In this document: piece after piece, positions 38,078 through 51,350 of the stretch
Layout of the letters: the number at the start of each line of letters is the position of its first letter
Numbering within the stretch: the stretch's first letter is position 1
From: Lama glama
Taxonomy: Eukaryota
DNA: 64,000 bases
Assembly: GCA_028534125.1 (NCBI GenBank)
Contig: CM052832.1
Location: forward strand, 24,306,001 to 24,370,000
Reading direction: 5' to 3'
Program-made: the position numbers and the translations under genes
The notes under the pieces: generated by a model
The model's database searches: none
Told to the model about the DNA's origin: nothing
What the model saw: the letters and a program-made list of their open reading frames with translations, nothing else

Positions 38078-38588
38078 CTTATAGTGTTTAACTTTATCTT
38101 AACATAAACTTAGATTTCTCTAAGACCTGTCAGTAACCTCACTGTTCCCCGCGTCACTCCCCACTTCATAACCATTAGACCTTTCCAGTCTCAGTCGCTA
38201 TTTTCCCCAGTTTTCCCCTTCTGAGGCTTACTTACCTTCTTTTCTCCAAGAGTTTCCCTGAATACTTACATTAGTTACTGGGCGTAACTCTGAGATGCAT
38301 CAATCTCCAGCCTGTGCAACGTCTCCATCTTGTCTGCAACAACCAGAAGTGACTGGCACTTTCAGAAAGTTCATTCTTCTGGCAAAGTGGAGGACTGAAT
38401 TGATTAGGGTGACACCGGAAACAGAAATAGCATCTGGGGTCTACTGCAATAGTTCAAGAGTTTCAGAGGTTCTAGGTCAGGATAGTGGCCGTCAGAGTGG
38501 GAGGAGTGGGGAACGATCAGTAGATCTTGATAAGTGTGAGAGAAAGAGAAGGTGAACCGTGCTCAGCATGAGTGGCAAATATATTAAA

Positions 38589-38661
38589 TTTCTTTCTTTC
38601 TTCCTTTCTTCCTTCCTTCCTTCCTTCCTTCCTTCCTTCCTTCCTTTCTCTTTCTTTCTTC

Positions 38662-38721
<60 letters not shown>

Positions 38722-38724
38722 TCT
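38589..38724. repeat. (TTCC)n/(TTTC)n pure polypyrimidine tract
   Basis: 136 consecutive C/T bases. Confidence 0.97.
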
Positions 38725-39349
38725 ATTCCTTCTGAATTCTAGTTACTACATGATTTCTTATCAGGGTTTATTGGCAGGGTTAAATGAGCCAAAAACATAA
38801 AATACATGGCATATGTCCTAGTATGGAAGTGATAATTTTTTTAAAAATGAAGAATTTAAAAAATGCTATCTTCCACATTTCTGTCTCAGGTGATTGTATG
38901 AATGGGCACAGGGAGGCCCACGTGATATAGAAGGAACTAGTGTTTTGCTTTTTGGTTTGGGTTTTTTTTTTTACCTCCTGCAGAGGGCAGGGGGAAATTA
39001 TTTTATTTCTTGTCATTTTAAATTTGGGCTACCAATGGGACATCTAGGTAGCAGGTAATTGAATATATAAGTCTAGAGCTGATAGGAGAGAGGGATTTGA
39101 AAATAGTTAATAAAACCATAGGGAGAATTCTAGGAGGAGGTGACAGGCTGAGATAGAGAAGAGGTCCTTGAAAAAACATTGATAGAATTTCTCCATCAGA
39201 GAAAATCAGGAGAACTGGGTTCTTAACCCAGTTCTGATACTAACTGGTTTACTTACCCTTGAGAAAAGCACTTAAACCTTTCAGGGGCTTCTCTTTCTTT
39301 TGAGCCCTTTTGAGCCCTTTCCCCCTCGCTCACTTCCCCTCCCCCACCA

Positions 39350-40250
39350 GTCTTCATTAATTCAATAAATATTTCTTGAATACCTATTATATGTTAGATT
39401 TTGCTCTAGGTCCTGAGGTTAGAGCATCAGATAAGATACAGCTTTGACCTCAGGTGCTGGGAGCAGGCAGCAGCTCCAGACATTACTCTGTGTCAAGCAT
39501 TGTGAAACGGGTATGTTACAGGACCCCAGAGAAAGAGCATCGAAATCAGATTGACTGAGGGGAGGAGGGAGTCAGAGAAGGCTTTCGGGACACAGGTCCA
39601 TCAAACTTAAGTTTTTCAGAATGAAGAGTAGTTTAGACAAGCACGTGCAAAGTCATCTAGGCAGCATGTGCAAAAAACGGCAAGAAACGGCAAAATGATA
39701 CATAAACCGACTGATGAGGCAACTGAAGTGAGGCTAGCCTGACAGCGCTGGGCAGGATCAAGGACTAGGTCCGGAGGGCTGTGCCGAACCCAGGAATTTG
39801 GATTTTATCCAGAATGGAATACAGACCCGCCGAAAGACTCAAAGCAGGGATGTGAAAAATCAGGTGCGTGTTTTAGAAATCCTATTATTCTTGTGCTGTG
39901 TCTTTGGCTTGATAAGGGACCAGGTGGTGAGCAGGAAGACCAGAGGGGAAACAGTTCCAGAAATTCAGGTGACAGAGGAATGTCTACTCAACAAGCATGA
40001 AGCACTCGCCCCATGCTAATCACTGACCTGTGTGCTGGGGAGCCCACCGTGACCGGACAGACAGGGCTCTGGTTCTCGGAGAGCTTGTGGTGACAGTGGG
40101 AGTGACGCTGGAAGGACTGGGCAGATCAGAGGCATGTAAACAAGGCAGCATCTGGAGGACCTGATGATGAATTACACTTTGGAGGTGAGTGAGAGGGAGG
40201 AGTTTCTGGTTTGGATGACCGGGTGGATGATGACACCACTGACTGTGGTG
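39350..40250 (-). mobile_element. L2 LINE fragment(s)
   Basis: ttcattaattcaataaatatttcttgaatacctattatatg...agtcagagaaggcttt...ggaatttggattttatcc...gtgttttagaaa...gtttctggtttggatgaccgggtggatgatgacaccactgactg. Confidence 0.8.
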
Positions 40251-40689
40251 GGGGGCCCCACAGAACTGAGTGGGGCCTCGGGGTGGAGGTGTCGGGCATG
40301 TGCTTGGATAAACAGGTCCAGACCCCTGCAGGGGCTTCTGCAGCTTACTTGCTTATTAAATGAAAGAAGTGAACTATACGTTTAACTTACTGCATTTAAT
40401 TTGGTTCCCTGATTCAATTTCAGTCTCTGTCTGTTAGAGTGGCTTCAGTGAGAACCACACTTCCTTGTGTATCTGTCTCCCCAGAACTTAGTATGGGGCT
40501 GGGCAGAACCGTGGGTTTATTGTTTTATGTTGATCTGGGATCCAGTCCCATCGATTTCAGCACTCACCCTCTGGTCCCTGTCCCTCTCCTGGCTGGGTGT
40601 GAGCTCACTGCTTCGATTTTGGCTTGTTATGTACATGGCTGTGGCCAGTTGTCATATTCATATGAGTGCTCCAGCTTGTAGGGGTTTTC

Positions 40690-40800
40690 GGATGATCAGG
40701 TCCAATCTGTGCATTTTACAGATAAGAAAAGAGGCCTGGTGAAGTTGTTAGGCTTCCAAAGGACGGGTAGGGCTGAGATTAGATCTCTCAGCTCACTGGT
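40690..40800 (-). mobile_element. MIR/MIR3 fragment
   Basis: atcaggtccaatctgtgcattttacagataagaaaagaggcc. Confidence 0.65.
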
Positions 40801-41661
40801 CTGTTTGGCGCTGTCTCCTCAGTCTCCCTCACTGAGTTCACGCAGAGGGGCTTACAGAGCAAGGCAGAAATGTTCTTAGGTATATATTTGTGCAGAAGTT
40901 TGGAAATGACTAAGCCCGTGTGTGTAACTTTGCGACTTTGTGTAAGCTTGTCAAGAAGGATTGGATTACTTTAGCTCTGACGCAGGGAGATGGTATCCTT
41001 GGGTGTCACCCTGGAATCCAAGCAGCTGTCTCTGCCTGCGTGCCTGGTTTGGGGTGCCCTCAGTACGCTCACTGTTAGGCGTCATTTTACCCCAGGTAGA
41101 GAATCACACTGCAGGGCCACTTCAAAGAAAAAAAAAAGTGCAGAACTACCGAACTCAGTGTGGAAAGCACTTCTTGTTGGTAAGAGTTTCAGGTGCGAGA
41201 GAAGGGATGTGTTGAAAGGACATTTACTTTCATGAGCTCAGAGCATCTGTTTTTTTATTCTTGAAAAAGAAGCAGCACCTCAAATTATGGCAGTCTCTAG
41301 GCAAGTAAGCACTTGAGATTTTGATCTGTTCAGATTCTTAGACGGAGAGCCTCACAGGAGCTTTTAGGAGTGATTTGTAGCATTTGACTGATTCTGTAGC
41401 GTGGCAGCCAGTTTTTGTGGGGAAGGGGAGAAGGAGGCAAAGATGGCTGAGGAACCGCTCTGTGAAACAGCAGATAAACCGTTTCTCTCATTTGCGGGTA
41501 GAAGTGGAAACCGGGCTCAGCGGACCCTGGAGACCAAATTAGATAGGCAATGAAGACTCAACTCTGTGTGTTTTATTTTTAACTCAGGGCCCACCTTCAA
41601 AACGTTCAGGCAGTGTGGGTTCCATCACAGTTTTTTTTCCCCCTCTTTTATATAGATTTAT

Positions 41662-41775
41662 ATTTTTTTATTGTGGGAAAACATACGTAGCGTACTACTT
41701 GCCGTGTTAACCATGTTTGATGTGCAGTTCAGTGACATTACGTGCATCCACAGTGTTGTATGTTACCACCATCCT
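41662..41775 (-). mobile_element. L1 (L1MB-like) extreme 3' end fragment
   Basis: ttttttattgtgggaaaacatacgtagcgta...ttaaccatgttt...tgtgcagttcagtgacatta...cacagtgttg...ccaccatc. Confidence 0.8.
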
Positions 41776-44409
41776 GTAGTTGTCTTTTTCTTTCAGGCCC
41801 AAGTTTCCCAAAGTAAGCAAACTGAGAAGTGGGGAAGCGTCACCCTTAACCCCATGGTGCAGCCTAACCACTGTTAAGAGTTAAGATGTAAGTCTCTGCC
41901 TCTTTTTTCTTCTGCGTATGGTTTTGTTCAAATCTGGTTGCAGTATTGTTCACAGAGGTGATAAAGAGCATTTTTGAGTTAGGAGATTTAAAGATGCTTC
42001 ACTCCACTCTTTTCTTTTCTTTTCTTTTCGACTAGGAAACAAGTGGGTCAAAAGGGGCAGTAGCTGGACATTGGCTGAGCTGGGTCTGGTGTCCAGGTGC
42101 TCCATTCCCTGAACCCCCTGCTCTGGGCTGGTCTGTCTTTAGTTTCAAAATGTATTATAAAAAATTCATCTGTGGTTTATTTTTAGGATAATCTACTTTT
42201 TTTCTTTCTTTGTGTGGTTTCTGTGTCTGGATTTTTTTTTTAATGGCATCTTCCAACAGGAATTTGTTTTAAACAAGAAAATCATAACATTCGTGCTATC
42301 CCCAGGGCTTATCACCCATGACGGAGACTCCCCTCTTTCCTCCGTCCAGATATTCCTACATCCAGGATGTTACTCCCTTTCCCCCCCCATTTGTTTGGCT
42401 GATTGTAGTAAAATCAAAGTTTAAAGGTGTTAGTTATTTTCCCAAGTTGAGATTTTTAGCCAGTTTCTTTTCCTTCTTAAGATCTATTTTCCACATGAAA
42501 TGAGGTGAAAACTCAGGGAAGCAGAACCTTGTAGCAGAAAACAGAACGTCTGCTGACCACTTTACCCCTCAGGGCTGACCTGCCTGTACTCAGCTCCCTT
42601 TCAGTCCTCTCCAGCATCTAAATTCCTGTCAGCGAGGACTTTCACCTCCTCCTGCCCACGCTGGAGGTCTGTGGGAGGTGGTTAGGAGGCTGGAGGGGAG
42701 AAGCTGGGGGATATTGTTTAGGTCAGCCATGGCAACCACAGCAGTAAAGGGAACAGGGCTAGTTTTGTGTTGCTGTAAATGGCCAGGATTCAGCTGTTAT
42801 CTCGCAACTTCTGCTCAGCACCAGACAATCTGATCTCCTGGTAAGCTTAAACTTGGCCCTCCCCTCCTGCCCTTCTTTGATCACATCGTCGGCCAGGAAT
42901 GGACGTGGGGAGGGAGTCCAGAACACGGTGGGATGTGTACCCACCAGAAACATAATGACCACAGAGGCAGAACAGGGAGTGTTTTCTCTTCTGTACCCCA
43001 GATACAGAGAAGTGCATTCCCAGATCCTTGCCAGCACTGGTCCTTAAAGGGTTGAGCCCCTCCAAAGAGCCTTTGCAGATGACCGGCTGGACCAGCAGGA
43101 GGGAGCAGCCCAGAGAGTCAAGGAAGACCTTAGAGTGTGTACAGCTGGGGAAACTGACATGCGTGAACTGCCTGCCACATGTGTTTCATGGAAATGTAAC
43201 TGACGAGGAGAGTGAAGGCTACAGAGTCAGCCTCCATCGCTAAATAATAGCTTTTTTTTTTTTTTTTTACTCAGAATAGCTTTTCTTTTCATTCAGCAGA
43301 TCATTTTAGGTGTCATTCAGTGTATTTTAAGTAGTGTGTTTCATCCTGAGCAGATGAAGAATTTCATTTTTTTTTCCAGCCCTGTACTGTGTTGCTTCCT
43401 CCCAGGAAGTTTACACATATTTCTATTTGAACATGGATGAGCAAAGTCTATGTGGTCAGGTCCTGAAGTTGGAAGGTTTTTCTGCTGCGAGGCAGCGCTG
43501 ATTCTTATTCAAAATCAGGCAAGTCTGACATTTCACTTGGGGAAGTCTGAGGAAGTTGGCGAGGGCTTCTGTTCATAAAAACAAGTGCGTCTTCTGCTTT
43601 TCACCTTTCTGTATCTCCTCTGCTGGCTCAGGCGGTGTGGTCTGGCTTAGCTCTCCCTGGAAGTCACATTGTGCTTTAGAACTCTCTTACTATGACTCAC
43701 AAACAGTGTTCAGACTTCACTCTAAGCAGCCAAAGGTAAAACCATGAATAAACAGTGAAACAGCATCTCTACTTTTCTGACTTCAGCCCTCCCTGAAAGC
43801 CACTTGGAATTTGCCTCTGAATTCAGTTAGATGTGTTTGTTTCCCTGATTGTTTTCCGTTTCCCTACTCCTAACCTGCCATGTCCCACTCCTATAAGTTT
43901 TATTTTTGTCATTTTGGTAGTCACTGACGGGGAAACAGTTACTCAATTTGTCAAAGGTTGAGTGGGTGAGGTCACAGATTCACAGATTAGCCTGTAATTT
44001 GTAACAGTTTCAGACGGGATGACAGCAAGATTTTGCTTGCTTATTTCTGAGCTGTTTTTCTTGGTCTTTAAAATGCAGTTTAACAGTGAGTAATAGAGAA
44101 GTTGCTTTCTGCTGGGGAGCTGCTGAACCCTGGAACACAGCAGATCAGTAAATACAGATGAATTCCAACAGGCATGCCACATTTCTTGCCTAGTGGTGAA
44201 CTGAACATTGCACAAAAGAAAACAAAAATGGGATGTTTTCTGCCAGGAAAGATCAGATATTAATTTCTGTAGTTTGGTGTTACATGGATTATGTGTTTAA
44301 AAATTATTTTCTGGTTGCATTTTCTTGACCTATCTGAGCTTTTCATTGAAAAGTAGGCCGTATTAAACAGTGTATTTTATTTTATTTTATTTTGTTGAAT
44401 TGAAAGGAT

Positions 44410-44610
44410 AGTCATAGAATCAGAATTTTAGAGCTGAAAGGGCTTTAGTCTAACCTAATGTTCTAATTTCACAGATGAGAAACCTGAGGCATAGTGAGGT
44501 TAAATGACCAACCATACAACACACAGCTTTTTTGTGCTCAAACTGAGACTGAGAAAAATAGCTCTCCAGGGACATCTAGATGAGTGTTTTTTCTTCACTG
44601 GACACAGGGC
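44410..44610 (-). mobile_element. MIR SINE
   Basis: tcatagaatcagaattttagagctgaaaggg...tttcacagatgagaaacctgaggcatagtgaggttaaatgac. Confidence 0.85.
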
Positions 44611-45171
44611 TTTTAGCTTCAGTTGGATTTTTTTTTTTAATTATTGAGTTTTTTTTCAATGGGTTGGCATTGAAAATGTATTATTTCAACCTAATTGAAA
44701 TGTATATGCATGTTATTACCCTATAATGTGGAAAGTAGATATACAGATACTGAACAGAGTTTTAATGACTGCCAGTGTGCTGTAGCTATTAGATGTTTTA
44801 ATCCCTCTTTAGGAAAAGGTTTATTTGTTTAAGAAAAGCCCCAGTGTTAAGTATAGACTTAGAACAAAATGAAGCATCACCTCCTGGTATTGGCAGTGAG
44901 AAAGGGAGGGGTAGGGAGTGGCTGGTCCTGTAGGCAGCTCAAACACATTTTTGTTCTAGCCTCCTCGCCTGTTAACACAGTAATGTATCAGTGAAGTTTT
45001 TCTTCAAGGAGACTCACTAATGATAGAGTGATGTGTTTAGACTTGAAGGTTTTAGATGCTGCTCAAATAGTGAACGTAGTCAATTTGCAGTGCAGGTGAA
45101 AAGTTAGTAATCACTGAGAGATGGAACTGGTTGCCACTTTGTTCGCTTTTTTTTTTCTCTTTCTCATCATT

Positions 45172-45266
45172 CTTTAAAATTTTTGAATCTAGGTACAGTT
45201 AATGTACAATATTATGTAATTTTCAGATATACCACATAGACATTTACATTTTTTAAAGGTTATACC
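45172..45266 (-). mobile_element. Short L1 3' end fragment
   Basis: aggtacagttaatgtacaatattatgtaattttcag...catttttttaaaggttatac, the same type as 20768. Confidence 0.65.
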
Positions 45267-46154
45267 CTAAAAGGTTACACTGCCCCCCAGTATCTCTGTG
45301 GCATTCTCTCTTGCTGGGCCTTCGGAGCGGATGATTGGAATGGGTAGATAACTGTGTCCTGGTGCTCCTAGCATTAGGAAAGCACTGTGGGTGAGCTGTG
45401 TCTGCAGAGTGGCCCTACAGATGCAAAAAGGGACCTCATTCGGTACCTTGGGCAAAGCTTCCCAGGGTCTGGTGGGCTCTTCCTGGCAGGTGGGGCTGTT
45501 GATTGATGGCAACAGTACCCATTGACTCTTAGGACTTGATTATTGATTCGTACTTAGGTGTTGTGAAGAGACATTTTATGTTATTTAATCCATGTTTGGC
45601 TTTGTTAGAAGTGTGTTAAAAAAAATTCAGGAGGAAGAAATGTGTGGTCCCCTTGGGAAGGCACAGGTTGGTCATTTCTCTAAAGGGAGCAATACCACAT
45701 GAGTAAATTAAAAACATTTGAGGATTAAGCCCAATGAGAGTTTTGTCTCTTTAACGAGAGATTTGGGGAATGGGGGGAAACTCTAGGGAAAAAGTTATAG
45801 AAGTAAAGAATTTTAAAAAAGGAAAAAAAATTAGGCTTACCTCTCTAGAGATCACTGCCACTAAAAAAAAAAAAACAGATTTAAGTGCAAAGAAGCAGCT
45901 AATAAAAGCTTTCAAGAGCTTTTAGTACAAAAAAAGAATGGAAGAAGTGTTGTTAAAGAGGTGAATAAACAGCTGTGTTCTAAATAGCATCTCAATAACT
46001 GGGATTTGAAGGCAATAGAAGGCCTGAGAAGGGTCTTTAAGGAGTCCAAGGGTGAAAAGGTAAACAGGTATTTAAAGAAGTGGAGATTGTAACAATTTGG
46101 TAATGATGGACTTTGTTGTACTTAGAATTACTTTGTCCTTAATACTTAATAATT

Positions 46155-46298
46155 CAGTCTAACCTTGGTATCCATGGGGGATTGGTTCCAGGACCCCTCA
46201 AGGATGCTCGGACCAAAATCTGAGGATGCTCAAATCCTGTTGACCCGCTGTTGGTTGAATCCGGGGATGCGGAACTCACAGAAAAGGGGGCCCAACTG
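46155..46298. mobile_element. MER2 (TcMar-Tigger MITE), internally deleted
   Basis: Left end cagtctaaccttggtatccatgggggattggttccaggacccc joined to right end ttggttgaatccggggatgcggaac...ggcccaactg followed by TA. Confidence 0.88.
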
Positions 46299-47317
46299 TA
46301 TGCTAATAATATGCTAAGGAATTTTCCTGATTTGTAATCTAACGCAAAATTACCTCATGTAATGTGCTGCAATTGAAATCCACTTAAAATAAAATGCATC
46401 AGTAAGTGTATTAATCTCAGATTCCCACTGCCTCTCCCCATCCCCCACCCCATTGGGGCGTTTCCACTTTAAAAGGGTAGTGTTGGCACTACTTAAGTGC
46501 CAGGAGTGAAGGAGCCTTGCCTGAATTTCCCTACAAGTCTTAGTGATGGAAATACCATATCCACAAAGCAAGGATGCTTAAGGGAGAGATGAGTGAGAAA
46601 ATATTGCACTAAAAACAGCCCTCATTTTTTCTTATCTTAGCTTTTAGAGTCAAAACTACCTTTTTCTTGAAAATGAGAAGGGGCGAAAACCTCTCTCCCA
46701 CTGTTCCTGTGAGAGAGGTTTCAAAACTCTCTCAGTCCACCTAAACCTAGGGGCTTTATGACAGCTGGACTCTGACCAATATAGATCAGAAAGTAAATTT
46801 CTTTCCTTCAGATGTTCCTCTTCACAAAAGAAGGCAAGCACAGAGTTCTTTAGAATTCCTTAATGATTATTCACTTTTGTTCTTTGTATTTCTCTGGTAA
46901 AGATTTAAATATTTAATTTTGTGTACTCCTGGAATTAACTGCTTTCAGATGTTATATTTACTCAGAAAATTTAAATACATCAAGTGCTGACATTGTTCGA
47001 AGGAAAAAAAAAAAAACTCAACATTGTCAGACAGAAACCATTGTGAATGGCAGTATAAAGTTTCCTAAATAGACTGTAGTAAAGTGAACATAATTTAACT
47101 CCTTTTCCTTGGAGATTTATTGTCATTTCTCTAAAGTTATTACCCTGATATAGTAGAATCATGATGCCAAGAAGCTCATAATTCTTCTTGATGCCGTGGC
47201 CTCTGTCTTACCCACTTTTCTTGGTTGCCACGTCTTAAAGCTCTTTTCATTTGCCTGTGTCTGCTCTGTTGTAAACTTCAGGGAAGCCAGATAAGCAAGC
47301 TTATAAAATTAATGGGC

Positions 47318-47782
47318 TCCAATCAAAAAATGAGCAGAAGACCTAAGCAGACATTTTTCCAAAGAAGACATCCAGATGGCCAACAGGTACATGAAAAGAT
47401 GCTCAGTATCACTAATTATTAGAGAAATGTAAATCAAAACTACAGTGAGATACCACCTCGCACCAGTCAGATTGGCCATCATTAAAAAGTCTACAAGTTA
47501 TATATGCTGGAGAGGGTGTGGAGAAAAGGGAACCCTCCTACACCATTGGTGGGAATATAAACTGGTGCAGCCACTCTGGAGAACAGTATGGAGCTCCTTA
47601 AACAACTAAAAATAGAGTTACCATATGGTCCAGCAATCCCTCTCCTGGGCATATATCCAGAGAAAACCCCAATTTGAAAAAATACATGCACCCCAATGTT
47701 CATAGCAGCACTATTGACAATAGCCAAGACATGGAAGCAACCTAAATATCCACCAACAGGTGACTAGATAAAGAAAATGTGC

Positions 47783-47814
<32 letters not shown>

Positions 47815-48332
47815 TACGCACATGCACACGCACACACACACTAGAATATTACTTAGCTATAAAAAAGAAAGAAATAATGCTATTTGCAGCAATATGGATG
47901 GACCTACAGATTATCATACTAAGTGAAGTAAGTCAGACAGAGAAAGACAAATATCATATGATATCACCTACATGTGGAATCTGAAAGAAAAGTGATATAA
48001 ATGAACTTATTTACAAAACAGAAGCAGACTCACAGACATAGAAAACAAATATGATTACCACAGGGGAAAGAGGGGGAGGGATAAATTAGGAGTTTGGAAT
48101 TAATACATACACACTGTTATATATAAAATAGATAAGCAACAAGGACCTACTGTATTGCACAGGGAACTGTTTTCACTATCTTGTAATTACCTACGATGAG
48201 AAAGAATCTGAAAAAGAATATATATATATATGTGTGTGTGTGTGTATGTATAACTGAATCATTTTGCCATACGCCTGAAACTAACACAACATTGAAAATC
48301 AACTATGCTAAAATAAGAAAAATTTTAAAAAA
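47318..48332 (+). mobile_element. 5'-truncated L1, about 1 kb (ORF2 C-terminus, 3' UTR, A-rich tail)
   Basis: gacatttttccaaagaagacatccagatggccaacagg, ggtgtggagaaaagggaaccctcctacac, gcaatatggatggaccta, ending cctgaaactaacacaacattgaaaatcaactat; reading frame disrupted. Confidence 0.97.
47783..47841. repeat. (CA)n microsatellite with CG/TA interruptions inside L1
   Basis: Read directly. Confidence 0.95.
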
Positions 48333-49379
48333 TACTTCAATTCTCACCCTTACTCTCCCGAGCTATTCAGTTTGGCCCACGGCAGTCACGGCCATGTTCT
48401 GGGTGATGGAGGCTGAGAGATTATAGAAGGACAGTTCAAGGCTAAATAGGACATTAATATGTAAAGTAAGGGCTATCTGTGTGCATGACATTTAAAGAAA
48501 TTAGTAACAGCCCAAATGGGCATTGGATAAAACAATAAAAACAAATACCGTCACTTCTCTGCTTAAACCATTTACGACTTAAGATGAAGCTGCCGCTGCC
48601 ATTTTATAGGACCTCACTGCCTGCCTCAGGGCATAACTGGAGGCCTGTTAGGTCGAGACCGAGAGCTGCAGAAGCGATCTCAGTGCCGGGTCCAGGGGCC
48701 CAGGGCTCTGGATCTGTCCCACGTGTCTGGCTGGCCTGTCAGGGTCCTTAGGTGGAAACAGCTGGGAGACTGGTGACTTTGAGAAACCCGTGGCCTTTCC
48801 CTTGAGCCCCTGTTACCCCAGGAAGCAGAGGAGAGGTGGGTTTAGCACGGGTTTGCTGGCTCTGCCACTTCTGTTTCTAGTCCGCTTTTTGTAGCTGGGG
48901 GAGGAGAAGCTGTGGGATTTTAATGCTCACACCAAAATACCCACTTGGCTCATAAGATAGATAAGAAGACAGTGATAAATTATACCTTGTAGGTTTTTTT
49001 TTTGAAACATATTTTCCCCATAAGTGGAAGCAGTAGTTTATCAATGGATTCTTTTCAGAAAGATTCTAAGTCTGACCTTTGGAACTCAGAATATGTTTCT
49101 CAGAGAAAGGGTTGAATGTGATACCTGGGTCCCCTGAAAGGCCACAAAGTCCTATAATGGCCCGAGGACCACGCCCAGCCGTGTCTCCATGGAGCCTTGG
49201 TGCCCAGTGGCCCCTTCAGCTGCTGGTACGTGGTTATAAGGAATGGCCTTTGTGGTTTGCAGGCTCATAGTGAAAAATGTGAGTTAGAAGCAGGTCAGGA
49301 CTGAACTGATAAAATGAGGGAAACCGGCAAAGGGCCTGATGGGAAGTGAACTCACTCATTGAAGTGGGTCCGGAGAACA

Positions 49380-49615
49380 GGAAGGAAGTTAGAGGTGAGG
49401 AGGGTTGGACTCCACTTGAGGAGGAACTGTTCTGACTTCAAGACGGCCTAAAAATAGAACAAGCTGATTGATGAGGGAATGAGACCTCCGTCACCCAAGA
49501 TGTTCAAGCAGAGATGGGAGGGCTTCCTTCACTCCCCGGAATTCTCCAGAGGGGAGCCGTGTCTGTTGCACAGAGGGTCATAGTGGATGACTACTACTTT
49601 TTTCCCCAACACTGA
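49380..49615 (+). mobile_element. L3/CR1 LINE 3' fragment
   Basis: gaggaggaactgttctgac...gaatgagacctccgtcacccaagatgttcaagcagag resembles the CR1/L3 3' motif tccccgtcactggaggtgttcaagcagagg. Confidence 0.6.
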
Positions 49616-50599
49616 AATATAGTACTTAAGACACATTGGTATCCCTGTTTTTAATTGGAAAAGGTAATATAAGATAATAGCATTGAAGCAATTTTAACAA
49701 AGGTGAATCATCTTACTCCTAACATATAAAACAACTTTTTGTTTTATATATTATGTTCCTCATTAGCTTATGCATAATTTCTGTAAAACAGGGCAAGACG
49801 AACAAACAAAATGTTATTTTCCTGCTCTGAGGAGTGTAATATTTGGTACTGCTTACTTATTTTTATACTTCTAAGATATTTACTGGTATATTTTTATCTT
49901 ATTCCTTGTTCAGATGTTTAAATTCCTTACTAGCAAAGCCAAAATTACATTCAAAACATGTTGGAATCTTACACAGTTTACATTTTCATTGTTTTAAGAT
50001 TTTGACTTTAGTATTTCAGCACATTAGTGGTCCTGAGGATTATGTGGGGCAAAATTCTTTTGACTTTTATCATTAGCATGTTGGATTCCCAGTTTTTCTT
50101 ACCCCAGAGTGGGCTATATTTTAGCATAAACTCCGATAAAGAGGGATTGGGGTTTGGCTGGTGAGCAGAGGCTTCCAGTGACCAGGGAACCTGTGACTCA
50201 CTCTCTGTGCTTTTCCTAGGTCTCCAGTTCTCAAAGAGGTTGAGTATAATTAAATACATTTCATAATAAACCAGGCTGAACATAATTTAATCTTTTCCTG
50301 AAGGGACTTCAGAGTCTTGGAGTGCTCTGGGGTCATGGTGAACATCAGTTACCTTCTCACGGTGGGTGTACGGAAGGAGGTTCTTAATAGAGTTCCATTT
50401 GATTGAGTCCTGAAAGACCAGACATTTGTTCTATTATTAGAGGGAGCCCAGCATTAAGACTTTGGAACCAGTGCTTAACGTTAAATTCTCAGGCAGGAGA
50501 CAATGTAATAAAGATGACCTCTTTGGTTTTGAGAGGCTGAAAGTTGATCATAACAATTCACATGGATGTGGTAAGATATATAGCACTTTTTAGTTTCCA

Positions 50600-51075
50600 A
50601 AGCACTATCATATCCCTTGTCGTCCATTATTTGTTTCTCATGACAGTCCTGGGAAGAAAGCAGGGTAGTTGGCATTTCGTTTTTACAGATGAAGCTCAGA
50701 AAATTTAAGTGACTTGGGAAAGGTCACATGGTTTAAATATGTATATGCATATTATATGTGTACATGCGAGGCCACTTGACTCCAAATTCGGTGTTCTTTT
50801 TAGCATTCCAAAGGATGCTAAACCTTTGCACACACGGACAGTTTTGAGTGCTCACTGTGTTCTCTGTGCTGTATGGGAATTAAATCTTAGTCCTCAGAAC
50901 AGCCCTGGGAGTTGGTAGATAGTGGTTCTTTTGGTGCTGTTATGATTCCCAGGTTTGGAGATGAGGACACAGAGGCACAGAGAGGTCAGGGCATATGGCT
51001 AGTGAGTGGCAGAGCTGAAACCTGAACCCCAAGGGCTTGGGCTCCAAAGCCTAGCTCTCAGCATTATACCACACG
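50600..51075 (-). mobile_element. Two adjacent MIR SINEs
   Basis: ttttacagatgaagctcagaaaatttaagtgacttgggaaaggtcacatg and gagatgaggacacagaggcacagagaggtcag...gctagtgagtggcagagctg...gaaccc. Confidence 0.85.
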
Positions 51076-51169
51076 GCTACTCAGGGTACAGATCCACTGC
51101 TGTTAAGTAAATCAAGAGAGATGCGTCTAGAGGTATCTTCCAAACTATAAATACCTGTGCTAGGTCTGG

Positions 51170-51350
51170 GGTCATTTTGACTGAGGTTTTGAACCCAGAT
51201 CTGCCCATTTGAGATCTTGAGCACCTTGTAAAGCCTCTGAGCCTAAGTTTCCTCATCTCTAAAGCAAACATGTAAAACATCTCCTGTCCTTGAAAGAATG
51301 AAATGGGACACCTGTAAAGAACCCACCACGGTGCTTACTCCCTAGCTTAC
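51170..51350 (+). mobile_element. MIR SINE
   Basis: tttgaacccagatctgcc...gcctctgagcctaagtttcctcatctctaaa...gaatgaaatggga...tgtaaag. Confidence 0.8.

Larger units (their letters stand above)
35235..38130 (-). mobile_element. Ancient L1 (L1MC/MD/ME-like) fragments, about 2.9 kb, with small nested inserts
   Basis: Antisense L1 3' UTR motifs (tgtacagttcagtgagttttga, gttcttgaacttcatataagtgaaatcat, ttgagcatctttttatgtgc) followed by T-rich ORF2-derived motifs (tattcctagttttct, tgggcctggtgttttctttg, catttcatctaagttg). Confidence 0.85.

Noticed and set aside
47225..47727. ORFs within the 47.3-kb L1 as functional genes
   Set aside because: Out-of-frame or antisense readings of a truncated, disrupted L1 ORF2.
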